Below are positions 35,891 to 48,600 of a DNA stretch of 64,000 bases, piece by piece (position 1 is the stretch's first letter; every line of letters starts with the position of its first letter). The position numbers and the translations under genes were made by a program. Source of the stretch: Camelus ferus (lineage: Eukaryota). The notes below the pieces were generated by a model, which did not search any database, was not told where the DNA came from, and saw only the letters and a list, made by a program, of their open reading frames with translations. The stretch is taken from assembly GCF_009834535.1 (NCBI RefSeq), contig NC_045717.1, forward strand, positions 17,732,001 to 17,796,000. The letters run 5' to 3'.

Positions 35891-36657
35891 TGTCTGTTCC
35901 ACCTCTGTAATCAGCCTCAAATCTGACCACTCATCTCAGTCCTGGATGCCCTCACCTACCTCCCCCAACCTCTCCCCACGACTTCCTGGGTCTCCCCACA
36001 CCCATCCCTACCCTCAGCTGCCTGCTCCTCTCACAGCAGTCAGAAAGAGATCCCTACAAACAAGAATCTGACCATGCTGCCTGTGCTTGAAACCAACTCT
36101 TTGGTTTAACCGCTTTGGAAAACGTTTTGGCAGTATCTATTCAAGATGTACATAGATTTCTCTTATGACTCAGCAATTATACTCCTAGGTACAGACCCAG
36201 CCCAACACCACATAGGTATTGTCCCCTAAAGGGCGTGTACTAGTTGTTTACAGGAATGCCATTCAGACCAAGTGGACCCTCAGTTTCCACCACCCTCTCC
36301 TCCTGTTCAGAGCTGAGACATAAACCAGAATTAGCCTTTGTGAGTGTTTGAAAGAGCTCCTGGCTCTGGCTTTCATCTCACCAGCTTCATGAAGCCTTGT
36401 TGGAAGACTGGGCTGCATCTCTCCAAGCTCTTCCTGGACACTGGACCTGTTTTCAGCCATAGCAGCAGCTCGTTCTGGAGTCTGAGCTGCTCAAACCCCA
36501 CAGCAGTATTCTGGGAGACTCTTCTTAACCTTTGGAAGGAAACACAGACTACATTGTCCTGCTTCCATAAGCCTCACACATTACCCTTCCTAGCTCAGCA
36601 CGGGGCCCAGGATACAAGATATGAAGATGGCTGAGCATCACCTAATTTCATTGGTGG

Positions 36658-36661
36658 AAGA

Positions 36662-36712
<51 letters not shown>

Positions 36713-36760
36713 AATAATTACCCCCTCAAAAAACTAAATAAAGAAATACATAAATAAATA
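36658..36760 (+). repeat. (TAAA)n microsatellite, about 13 units, forming the tail of a 5'-truncated Vic-1-type SINE
   Basis: (taaa)n followed by aataattaccccctcaaaaaa, the same tail layout as the SINE at 25332. Confidence 0.7.
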
Positions 36761-38364
36761 ATTTTTTAAAAAGAAGGAAATCCTTCCATATGAGAGAATG
36801 TGGATGAACCTTGAGGACATTATGTTAAGTGAAATAAGCTGGGCACAGAAGGACACTAGTTGTTTACAGGAATGCCATTCAGACCAAGTGGACCCTCAGT
36901 CCAAATACAGTCCAAATACACTATTTAGTTTCCCTTCTATGAGGAATCTAACATAGTAAAATTCATAGAAGCAGAGAGTAGAAGGGTGATCACCATGGGC
37001 TGGGAGGAAGGGGAGATGGGTTGTTGCTTGCCTTATCTGGACATTTCAGTGCTATACCAGAACATTATACATTGCTGGTAGGAATGCAAAACAGTGCAGC
37101 CACTACGAAAAACAGGCAGTTCCTCAAAAGTGAAATAGAGTTACTATATGACCCAGAAATTCCATTTTGGATATATACAAAAAGAATTGAAAACAGGGAC
37201 TCAGACAAACATTTCTACATGAATATTCACAGAAGCATTATCCACAATAACCAAAAGGTGGAAATGACACAAATGTCCATCAACAGATGAATGGATAAAC
37301 AAATTAAGATGTATAAATACAATGCAATATTCTTCAGCCTTTTAAAGGGATAAATATCTCTTTAGGTGTGCTCAGAGTCATTTGTGTTCATTAGTTTATC
37401 CCTGGAGCCAAACTACATAGATTTGAATCCTAGATCTACCACTTCAAGCTGGGTGAATAATGGACCAGTGACATTCTCTATTACCTTCCTCATCAGGCTT
37501 TTCTAAGAATTACAGAATATTGCGTACTCAGCACAGCTCCAGTCACATTACAAATGCTTAATATATTGCAGCTATTACTAGGAATAACATTTAAAAGCTT
37601 CTTCATGGGAAATATTGAGTATCTTGCTATTCTTCTATCAACCAAGATGGACAGATCTAAAGAAAGGCAATACTCTTAGGACAAAACTACTTCCCACAAG
37701 GGTGCTAGACTCAAAGGCTCCAGTAGGGAAGATGAGCTAATTGTATTTGCTCTAACAAGGTTCTCTGGGGATCACGCCTGGAAGTCAGAGAGTCTGGTAT
37801 AAACCTGCTGATGGTGTTCCTGCTGTGTGCTCCCTGAGAAAGCATGATCCTCCTCCACAGCTGAGAGACACATTTGAGGCAACAGCCCCAAAGCCCTGGA
37901 AACAGGACACCTGGGGACTGAGAGGTCCTGGAATCCAACAGAGGTACAGTAGCCATTGGTTGAGTAAGTGAGTCTGGAAGACAAGCTGCAGCAGAGCTGG
38001 TCTCAGAGGAAACAATCCCTGAACTTCTCCTCAGAGATTGGGGATCTTCTGCTCAGTTTATCCACAAGGACTTAGGATGCTTGGCATCAGAGACTCATGG
38101 GTGGGTAGGGTTATAGTGAGCTGGTCAAGAGAGTGGATGCTGGAACCAGAGCTTGGGCTGGATCCTAGTTCCATGCAGGAGTTAGGTTTGGAGCCTCTGC
38201 TGTCTGCTTATGATGTGGTTGAGGGCTAAATGGGATGATATGTGTCAAGAGATTAGCTCATTGTGAATTACACTGAGTAAATGTCACTGTCTTGCTCAAA
38301 GTTAGCGGATCTGTACAGTTGCTGTGGAGAGGAGAGAGTTCAGTGGGGTTTAACCTAGATCAGT

Positions 38365-38580
38365 AATCTTTAACTGGGAGTGATTTCTACTCCTCCCCGA
38401 GGAGTCTCAAGATGTTTTTGATCATCGCAACTGGGGACAGGAAGGGTACCACTGGCATTCAGTGGGTCAAGGCCAGGAATGCTGTTCAACATCCTACAGT
38501 AATATACAAGGCAGTCACCACCACACACAGAAGTATGATCTTGCCTCAAATGTCAGTAGTACCCAGGTTTAGAACCCCTG
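38365..38580. mobile_element. MER20 remnant
   Basis: tttttgatcatcgcaactgggg...actggcattcagtgggtcaaggccaggaatgctgttcaacatcctaca...ctcaaatgtcagtagt. Confidence 0.65.
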
Positions 38581-40592
38581 GGCTCCACCCAGTAGGGAGG
38601 GGAACCAGGAAAGTGATCCTTGCAGAAGCGAAGGCAACATAAATCATGTAGAGCTGGAGTCTAGTGGCTTCAAGGCAGGAGTGAAAGCAGATGTAAAGGA
38701 CCTAAGGCAGGATGCAAAACCAGGAAGATGGAAACTGAAGACGCCTGGGAATAAGAAGAGCAGTGGTAAGCCATGAAATGGTGAACTTGGACAAGATTGG
38801 CATTTTCATTAAGTTGCTCTGGCTGCAGTGTGTAGAATGGACTGCAGGGGGCGAGAGTCGCCACGGGGAGACCAGGGAAGGTGGACCATCCAGGTGAGAT
38901 TAGATGGTGGCCTGGATTAGTGTACTCATTCTGGAGATGAATGATCCTTCTGTCCAAGAGGTGAAGACAATGCTGAAAATGCATGAATTAGGAATTGATG
39001 AGATATGAGAGGTAAGGGAGGAGTTGAGGGCAATGCCTAGTCTTTGTCTTGGTGGCTGCTGGCTGGGGTTGTGCCAGTTGTGTGCTCCAAGGAATTGTGC
39101 AGTGCTTGATTCCCATGACCAACAACAGCAACCCTGGTGGAGGACACCTCTTTTGGACTTCGTGAGACTGGAGTGCCTGGGGCGGGTTCTGGAAGTGATG
39201 TCTGGGAAGCAACAAGATAGTCAAGTAGAAGACTGGAGAGGGTGGGTGCTAGAGCCAGAATTTCAGAGCCATTGAATGAAAGATGCTTCAAGACACCTGC
39301 CATCTAATATTTCACACCTCAGGTGTACACTGAGCAAATGGTGGCATACCATGAGTGGACTGTAGGGTAAACAGCATTCCTGGGTTCTGAGCATGGGGGT
39401 CCAGAGATACAAAAACAGGCAGATTGTCTCACAGAGAAACACATGCACTCTTTCTCCTCAGCCTTCAGTAGACGAGAAAGGTGAGTGGAAACTTTGGAGA
39501 GTCTATTATTTTCCACAGATATTTACTGCTCGGAGAGATTTCTATCTGTCCAAGCCCCTCGATACCAGGTTTGGCTGCTGAATTGTGAGTGGAGGGAGAG
39601 GCAGCCCTTAGGAGCCGGCATACAATTCACCTTTCCTGCTGCTGCAATAACTGGCAATATCCCAGACAAAGATTTATGGAACTTCCTGAGTCCTGGAGTG
39701 TGGTCATTATGCAGCCCAGCCATAGCAAACCTGTGATGGACATGTAGCCTGAGTGAGAAACAAGCTTTCATTGCTGCCAGCCACCGAGATTTGGGCGTAT
39801 ACATTACTGCACCATGATTTAGCCTAAATTGATGGATATGAGGCAGTGGGCTGCCCAGTGGAGGCCAGGCTCAGGATAACACAAGCCTCAGCTAAGACAT
39901 AGGGCCAGAATTTGTGGACGTATTAAGATTGTTGATCTCAGTATTTAATCTGTACGTGCTGCCACAGCCCCACAAGGGGACTGATGTAAAAGATACCTGC
40001 CATTGTAAAAACAGTCCTTTTTTAAAGTTTCCTTTATAGAGCTCCAAACTATTGTCTAATTAATCGTACCAGGAAACTGAGGCTTTGGGAGTTTTGGTCA
40101 GTGGCTCACAAAGCTAGTAAAGGTCAGAGATATCATTCAAACAGGGTCTGTCTGACCAGCCCTTGTTCTCAACTGCTAAGAGATTTAATCTCTCAGAAAT
40201 ATACATAAGGTTCAGCCTTTTACATATTAATCCATCACATCTTCACAACTACTCTATGGAGCAGGTACTATTATTATTTTTAATTAATAGATAAGTAAAC
40301 TAAGGCACAGAAGGTTAAGTATCTTGGCCAAATCACACAGCTAATTAATAAGTGGCAGAGCTGGATTTAAACTCAGGCTGTCTGTCATCAGAGTTCTTGT
40401 CTTTAATCACTTTTTATTATTTATTTTTATTTAAAAAAATCAAATCCTAGAAGTATTAACCCCATGTACAGATGAGGAAACTGAGGCTCAGCATGGTTAT
40501 GTGAGATGCATCTTCAAGGAAGTGACTTGTTTTGACCCCAGGAATCCACCCACTGTTGACACCCCTGTTTCTGCCCTTAGAACGGCCTGGCC

Positions 40593-41528
40593 ATGGGCAA
40601 TCACACCCAAGTCTCTGAATTCATCCTTCTCGGCCTCTCTGAGCAACCACTGCACAGGCAGATACTCTTTGGTTTATCCTTCGGCCTGTATCTAATTGGG
40701 TGCACAGGGAATCTGCTCACCATCCTGGCCATCGTCAGGGACCCTCACCTCCACAGCCCCATGTACTTCTTCCTCAGCAACTTGTCTCTTCTCGACATCT
40801 GCTTTACATCCACCACCATCCCCAAGATGCTGGTAAACCACCTGTGCGGGAACACCACCATCTCCTTCTCAGCTTGCCTGGCTCAGATGTATTTCTTCAT
40901 TGCCTTTGGGGCAGCTGACAGCATCCTTCTATCAGCCATGGCTTATGACCGCTACCTGGCCATCTGCTGCCCACTGCACTACGTGACAATCATGAGCATC
41001 CTTCGGTGTGCCTCGCTGGTGCTGATACCCTGGATCTCAGCCAACCTCGTCTCCATGGTCCACACTATCCTGATGACCCGCTTGTCCTTTTGCACCAATA
41101 GGATCCCACACTTCCTCTGTGACCTCAATGCCTTGATCAAGCTCTCCTGCTCAGATACTCAAGTCAATGAGATGCTGGTGTTGGTCCTTGGGGGCTCAGT
41201 AGTTCTGATCCCTTTTGTGTACATCATGGCCTCTTACACACCTATTGCTGTGGCTGTGTGGAAGGTGCCCTCTGCCCAGGGCAGGTGGAAAGCGTTCTCC
41301 ACCTGTGGCTCTCACCTTTGTGTTGTCTCTCTGTTCTATGGGACTATCATTGGAGTCTACTTCAACCCTGCATCCACACACACCACTCAGAAGGACATGG
41401 CCGCCACAGTGATGTACACCATGGTCACCCCCATGCTGAACCCCTTCATCTACAGCCTGCGGAACCGAGATCTGAAGGGTGCCCTCAGGAGACTTCTCAG
41501 TAGGAATTCCTTTGCTAAGCCTCTTTGA
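40593..41528 (+). CDS. Olfactory receptor family 1 (probably the OR1AB-type neighbour of the OR10H cluster), intact 311 aa
   Basis: MGNHTQVSEFILLG, HLHSPMYFFLSNLS, MAYDRYLAICCPLHY, KAFSTCGSHL, PMLNPFIYSLRNRD. ATG in gccATGG context 12 nt after the acceptor tttctgcccttag| (40580). The subfamily assignment is inferred from synteny. Confidence 0.92.
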   Translation: MGNHTQVSEFILLGLSEQPLHRQILFGLSFGLYLIGCTGNLLTILAIVRDPHLHSPMYFFLSNLSLLDICFTSTTIPKMLVNHLCGNTTISFSACLAQMYFFIAFGAADSILLSAMAYDRYLAICCPLHYVTIMSILRCASLVLIPWISANLVSMVHTILMTRLSFCTNRIPHFLCDLNALIKLSCSDTQVNEMLVLVLGGSVVLIPFVYIMASYTPIAVAVWKVPSAQGRWKAFSTCGSHLCVVSLFYGTIIGVYFNPASTHTTQKDMAATVMYTMVTPMLNPFIYSLRNRDLKGALRRLLSRNSFAKPL

Positions 41529-41639
41529 AGACTTTTTAGACCCAATTGATTTTGTAAGAAACTAATGCTTTCCAAAGTTAGAACTCACACTGGTTTTTCT
41601 TTTTTATTTTAAAGGGAGAAACAAAACTGTTATTATTCA

Positions 41640-42612
41640 TGTAATTTATTTTTATTGAATATATTTACATATAACCTTGAGTAACTTTAAGGTGTACAAG
41701 CATTAATCCAATACATTTATACAGTATAATATGATTTCCATTGTAGTGATATTTAGCACCTCTATCACATGACATACTTGTTCTTTCTTTTTACTGGATG
41801 GGATAATTCAGTTTTAGTCTTTCAGCAAGTTGGAGGATTGTAGTACAATATTGTTGTCTATGTTAATTAAACTGTGCATTAGCTCTCCATGGCTTATTTA
41901 CCACTCAATGCAAGTTTGTACCCTTAAACAACATCAATCAATCTTGTCACCCTGCTCCCCATCCCCTGGTAACTACCATTCTATATTTCACCAGTTTAAC
42001 TTTTTTAGATTCCACATACAAGTGATATCACATGGTACTTGCCTTTCTCTTTCTGACTTATCCCACTTAGCAAAATGTGCTCAAGTTGCATCCATGTTGA
42101 TGCAAATGACAGGCTATCCACCTTTATCATGACAGCATTTTATATATATATATGTATATATATATATATGTCTGCAATTATAAATATATATCACATCTTT
42201 TTAATCTATTCATCCATTGATGTGCACTTAGATTATTTCTGTATCTTGGCTATAATGAATAATGCTGCAATAAACATGGGAGTTTATATATATATTGAAA
42301 TTCTGTTTTCATTTCCTCTGAGTATACACCCAAAAGTGGAACTGCTGGATTGTACTGATCTATTTATAATCTTCTGAGGAATCTCCATGTTGTTTTCCAC
42401 AGTGATTGGACCAATTTACATTCCCATCAACAGTGTGTAAGGGCCCCTTTCACCGCATCCTTGCCAGTGTCTGTTACCTCTTGTCTTCTTGATGATGGCA
42501 GTTCTAACAGATGTGAGGTGTTATTACCTTGTGGTTTTGATTTACATTTCCCTGATGATTAGTGATGCTGAGCATCTTCTTATGTGCCTGTTGGCTATTT
42601 TGATGTTCTCTA
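41640..42612 (-). mobile_element. L1MA-type 3' portion
   Basis: Reverse-strand L1 3' end (ttttagattccacatacaagtgatatca...ttcatccattgatgtgcacttag...tgtgaggtgttattaccttgtggttttgatttacatttccctgatg) with an internal (TA)n. Confidence 0.8.
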
Positions 42613-42619
42613 AAAAAAA

Positions 42620-45600
42620 TTAAGTCTTAGAAAAATGAGTTGAAACCCAACCTGAAATATTTGCACAATGCTTTTTGTAGATTAATATTTGAGAGTTTGG
42701 CAAACTTGTGTAAATGCCCAGCTGGTAAATATTTTCAAATTTGCAGGTCACGCTATCTCTGCCGCAATTATGCAACTCGCCATTGTAGCACAAAAACAGC
42801 CATAGACAATATGTCACACAGGCATGACTGTGTTCCAATAAAACTTTATTCATAAAAACAGGCAGTGGACCCATATGCTCTAGTTTTCACCACTAAACCT
42901 GTAATATAAATTCTTTAGAAGAAACCAAAAGGAATGTTTCTGGTAGAAACAGTATTAAGGCACAAGAAAGAGAAGGCAAAGCAAAAAGACTGGTAGGCTA
43001 AATTAGTATTTAGAACCTCTAATAACATGCCTGCAAAGCAGTAAGAACAAAAGAATCTTAAAAAAATGAGCAATGGCTTTAAATGGGCATATCAAAAAGG
43101 CAACCCATATGGCAAATGAACAATAGAGATTTTCCAATCCCACTAGTAATTAGGGAAATGCAACTTAAAGGACAGTGGGAAACCACTCGGCAACCATGTT
43201 GGCAAAATTAAGTTTCACACTGTCAAGTGCTCATGAGGGCGTGGGGAAACAGATCTCCTGACACACAAGTGCTGAGAGTGCCCAGCTACTTGGGGGTTGA
43301 ATTTGACAATTCTCGTTATAGTTAAGATTCACATTTCTTACAACCTGTTCATCTCACTACTCATTTTGTGTTTGAATCAGATAGTGCCTGTTTGTAGTAG
43401 AAAACATACAAGGATATGTATTGTATTATTCCTAATAATGGAGAAAAATTGGATGCAAACTGAGATGTCTAACAGTTAAATGTACACTATATATATTTAT
43501 AAATTTGAATATTAAATTGATTTTATAACAATGAGATGTTTCTATGTGGTTAGAAACCTAGATGTGATTTTGCCCCAGAAGGGACATTTGGCTATGTCTG
43601 GAGACTTTGATGTCATGGCTGGTGTGGGGAGCCTACTGGCATCTAGTAGTTGAGATCTGGGATGCTGTTAGACATCCAGCAATGTTCAGACAGCCCCCAC
43701 CACAAAGGACGATCCAACCCCAAAAGTCAACACCGCCAAGGCTGAGAACCTTTAGTCTGTATAAACCAACATGAATATCACTCCAAAATGATGAATGAAA
43801 AAGCCAAGTTGCAGAAAGGTACCTACAGGACAATCAGATCTGTGTTAAAACACAAAGTATGGAAAACAGTTTGGTGGTTCATCAAAAAATTGAAGATAGA
43901 ATTACTATATGACCCAGCAATTTCACTCAGGTGAATTGAAAGGATTGAAAGGAATTCAATCCAATCTTTGTATGCAAATATTCATAGCAGCACTATTCAC
44001 ATAGCCAAAAGATGAAAACAATCTAAATGCTCATCAATGAGTGAACGAGTAAACAAAAGTGGTCTATCCATTCAGTGGAATATTCTCAGCTATCAAAAGG
44101 AAGCATGCTATATGACAGATGAATCTCAAAAATATTATGCTGAGTGAAAAAAGCCAGACCCCATAGGCTACATTTTGTATGATTCCATTTATATGAGATG
44201 TCCAGATCAGGCGAATCTGTAGGAACAAAAAGCAGATTCATGCTTGCCACTAATCTAAAGCTGGGGTTGGAGGGAGGACTGCTAATGAGATGAGATCTCC
44301 CATTTTGTGGGGGATGATTAAAATGTTCTAGACTTAGATAAAGATGGTGGTTGAGCAACATTGTGAATGTGCTAAATGCCTCTGAATCGTTCACTTTAAA
44401 GTGCTTAATTTTATGTTACATGAATTTCATCTCAAAAATAAAACAAACCCACAAAAAAGCACAACCAACCCCCAAAACAGTACTCTTATTTTATGTGTTT
44501 GTTCACTTGCCCCATGCGTACAATGGTCTGCAACGATGTCCATCAGATTCACCATCATGCTAGCATGGCTGGTCAACACATAGCTTTTATCCTGATTGGT
44601 AGAATTTCAATTATTTAATAAGAAAAAACAAATATATGTGTGCTGATTTTAAAAAAGTTTAAAGATATTGAATTAGGCAAATGACCTGAACGGGGAAGAA
44701 AGAAGGTGGACAGGCAAGTTGCGCAGCCTTGTCAGCCCCAGTGGACAATGGCAGGACTGCTTTCCTGCTGATGTCAGGAACCAGGGCCCCAAATCCCAGA
44801 TTTGCTAAGCATTAGACTCTGCTCCAGTCCCTGGGAAGCTCAGGTAATTGACTCAGCCCTGGCAGGCAGGGAGGGAGGGAAAGTGAGGACAGATTCTCCC
44901 TGAGGTTGCCCAATGCCTTGAAGTGTCCCCAGGGGTCCCCGCATCCCTGTAGCAGAGGCAGAGGCAGAAGGACTGCAGTGAGAGAAGGCAGCAGGCAGGA
45001 AAGCAGAGGCAGCATAAATAATGGAGGTCTAGCACAGGCAAAGGCCCCCACATGGCTGGCACACTCAGGGTGGCAGGCTCATTGCCTTGCAGCCTCCACC
45101 TGCAAGGAAACATCAAACCAGGACCTCCAACTGGAGTGAGGCAGAAGGAGGTGCAGAGCCTGGAGCCCCAGGTGAGTCATCATCCCTCTCTTCCACTTGA
45201 CCAGGAGAGTCCTGGGGAACTAGCATTTGCCAGACTAGGAGAAGCCACCCTGTTCACACAACTCTTTGTGCAATTTGAGTCTGGGGGTGAGGGAAGCAGG
45301 GCTCCACTTCCTATCTTCAAGGTAATGGGATGATTGCTTTGCTGGCATTACCCTTTTTGGAACTCGCTTTACCTAAGAGGTAGATTCATTGGAGAGCTGA
45401 GAAAACTGAGATGCAGAGAGAAAAGAGCTGCCACTTAAAGTTACCCAGAGCACCTGCCTGAATTTTAACCTCTTTCCCCTCTCTGTTCTGGCCAGGAACC
45501 AATGGTGAAAAGGATGTGGAGAGGCAGAGGAAAGAGATAGACAAGCAGATTCAGGGTTGAGAGGCTCAGTCACCCACCCACCCCAGGGGGATGGAAAATA

Positions 45601-48600
45601 TCAGGAAGGCACCAGACCGACAGGTGTGGTGATGGTAAGAAGTCAAGGACAAAAGAGGGAGAGAAAAGGGAGGGAGTAAGTGGCAAGATGAGAGGGAGGA
45701 TGCAGAGAGGGAAACTAACCCAGCTTCACTGAGGAGAGAGAGCCAGGATGGGGGCAGACAGGTAAGGCAAGATGGAGACCACACAGAGCTCATCTGCGGT
45801 TCTCAGCCGGGGCAGTTCTGCTCCCTAGGGGACATTAGACAATGTGTGAGGACACTTTTGATTGTCACAACTGAGAAAATGCAACTGGTATCAAGGGATG
45901 CCAGGATGCTGCTCTATACCTTACAATGCACAAGACAGCCCCAACACAAGGAAAGATCCATCCCCAATTGTCCCTAATGCTGACGCTGGGAAACTCTCCA
46001 CTCGGAATATATGCAGACATAACCTATCCACAGAATGGCTTGGGCCCTGAGTTCCCGGGTAGGGAGCTGGCCCCACCGTGGGTTCCTCTAAGTGCCAGAT
46101 AACCAGGTCACACACTCTCTCTAGGGCCGTTCAGTTTCTTTACAGAGGAACACACTAGGTGTTCACCTGGCGGAACATTGCCAGGAGACTTCTGCCTACC
46201 TTTCTGCTGTCCTGGTTCCATGCCCACCATGGTTCTATGTTTTGTTTCGTTTTTTTTTTGTCTTACTTTTTAAAAAAATTAATAGATTTTATCTTTAAGA
46301 GTAGTTTTAGGTTTACAGAAAATTGAGCAGATAATACAGAAATTTGATACCCTCTCTCCTTGACCTCAACTTCCCCTATTGTCAACATCCTACATTAGAG
46401 AGGTAACTGTGTTACAGTNNNNNNNNNNNNNNNNNNNNNNNNNNNNNNNNNNNNNNNNNNNNNNNNNNNNNNNNNNNNNNNNNNNNNNNNNNNNNNNNNN
46501 NNNNNNNNNNNNNNNNNNNNNNNNNNNNNNNNNNNNNNNNNNNNNNNNNNNNNNNNNNNNNNNNNNNNNNNNNNAAGGCCTAGGTCCACCTATTCATCCA
46601 TTCCTCTCTCCCTCTGAGCCCCTGGCAACCACCAATCTTTTACTGTCACAGAGCTTTGCTTCTTTCAGAATGAACAGACACCCCTCTTAGCTGCATTCTG
46701 CATCCCGATCACCCAAGAAGGTATATATGCAGCCCTGGACCACTTCCCCAGGACATGGTGAGCTCTTGTCTTCTTACAGTTCCTCTTTCTTTCTTGATGG
46801 CTATGGCTTTTGTGATCTTAATTAATACAAGGAGGAGTGTGTGAATGGGCTGCTATGGTGAAGCTGACATCTCCCCGGTCCTGGGATTGGCCCTGACATT
46901 CATTAACAGCCACCAGTAAGTGGTGAGTGTAACAGAGAGATTAAGTAAAGACAGGGTTTGAGAACATTCAGATGTAGGTTCAGATCCTGGTTATTGCACC
47001 CAGAAGCCATGGTCCCTTTGGCAAATAATGTGTCTTCTGTGGCAGAAGCAGCTGCCACTTCTGTAAAACGGATATCATAGCAGATGCCTCATAATATTGG
47101 GGTAAACACTTAATAAGAAACATGTGAACACAGGTGCCATGTCCAATAGAGGGTGGCTATTCTCATCAAGAACTCAAAATCCAGTGCCAGAGACAGCTGC
47201 ATCTCCAACATGACCAGTATAATGAAGATCATGAAAAAGTAAGATAAAGAACTTTTAAACCCAGTCAGGCATTGTTATTTTGGAGCACATGGGAACAAGT
47301 GACTAAATCTGTTTTGGGAAAAGATGTCCAAGAAGGCTGAGTCTTAAAGATAAACAGGCATTTGCTGGTTGGAGGAAAGGAGGCACTGATATTCAGGCAG
47401 AGGAATGGCTAAGGAATTGCAACTTTTACTCTCTAGATCATTGGCTCACAGTTGGGGGATACAGTGAACAGCTTGACTCCCTATAAACACAACAACAAAA
47501 AAGATGTGGCCCCCAAAGTTGCTAAACTTTGCACTAGACTTTGGAGAGCTAGTGGAAGCTGAGAGCACAGCCCGCAGGATACTGGTCTTACCCATTCAGC
47601 CTCTTCTTGGAGGCTCTTGTTTCCAAGTCATTGACTTTGACTCATATTCTCCAGGATCTCAGCGTACCGGGGCTGAGTGGGGCTTTTGGAGCTATCATTC
47701 ACTATCATTCTTGGGACCTACGGGCAGATGCTGACTAGAAGTGAGGGGAAAACACAAGTGACGCCAAGGGAGGGAGGCCAAGTAACTCTGGGAAATGGTG
47801 ATATTTGGGGAATGCAGCCGCTGGTTCTCCGAGTGTCTGGTTCTCCCACTGTGTCTTTTTCTCCGCCTGTCAGGAATTGATCTAGGACATGAGCTCACTT
47901 AAGAGGGCACTTACTACTTTTCCTGTTTTTTTATTGTGATAAAATACACATAACATAAAATTTACCATTTTAGCCATTTTATAGCATACAATTTGGTGGC
48001 ATTAAGTACTTTCACATGTTGTGCAACCACCACTTCTATCTAGCTCCAGAACGTTCTCACCACCCCAAAAGGAGACCCGAAACCCATTACGTTTACTACC
48101 CCTTCTGCCTCACCCCCAGCCCCTGGCAACCACTGAAATGCCTTAAACTCCTACATGATATGTTCACAGCAGCTCTATTCACAAGAGTGAAAAACAACCT
48201 AAATGTCTATCAGTGNNNNNNNNNNNNNNNNNNNNNNNNNNNNNNNNNNNNNNNNNNNNNNNNNNNNNNNNNNNNNNNNNNNNNNNNNNNNNNNNNNNNN
48301 NNNNNNNNNNNNNNNNNNNNNNNNNNNNNNNNNNNNNNNNNNNNNNNNNNNNNNNNNNNNNNNNNGTTGAGTCCACTTAGACGACTTGTCCAGAGCAGAC
48401 AAGTCCATACAGATAGAAAGCAGATTAGTGGTTTACTGCCTTTTAAACTTGACATAGCCTATTTAAAAATGCTTAAGTTATTCATAAAGAGTCATTGGAC
48501 ACCCATTGAATTGAACTTATTTACTGAGTACAGACCATGCACATTTGCTCGCGTGTTGATTTAATTATCACAGGTAGCACCTACTGTTTTCCAGGTAACA

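Noticed and set aside
37711-38229. Short motifs reminiscent of CYP4F (LAHLP, YPQG) in ORFs here and near 39050
   Set aside because: Only 4-5 residue matches, on inconsistent strands and without exon structure. Not supportable without a search.
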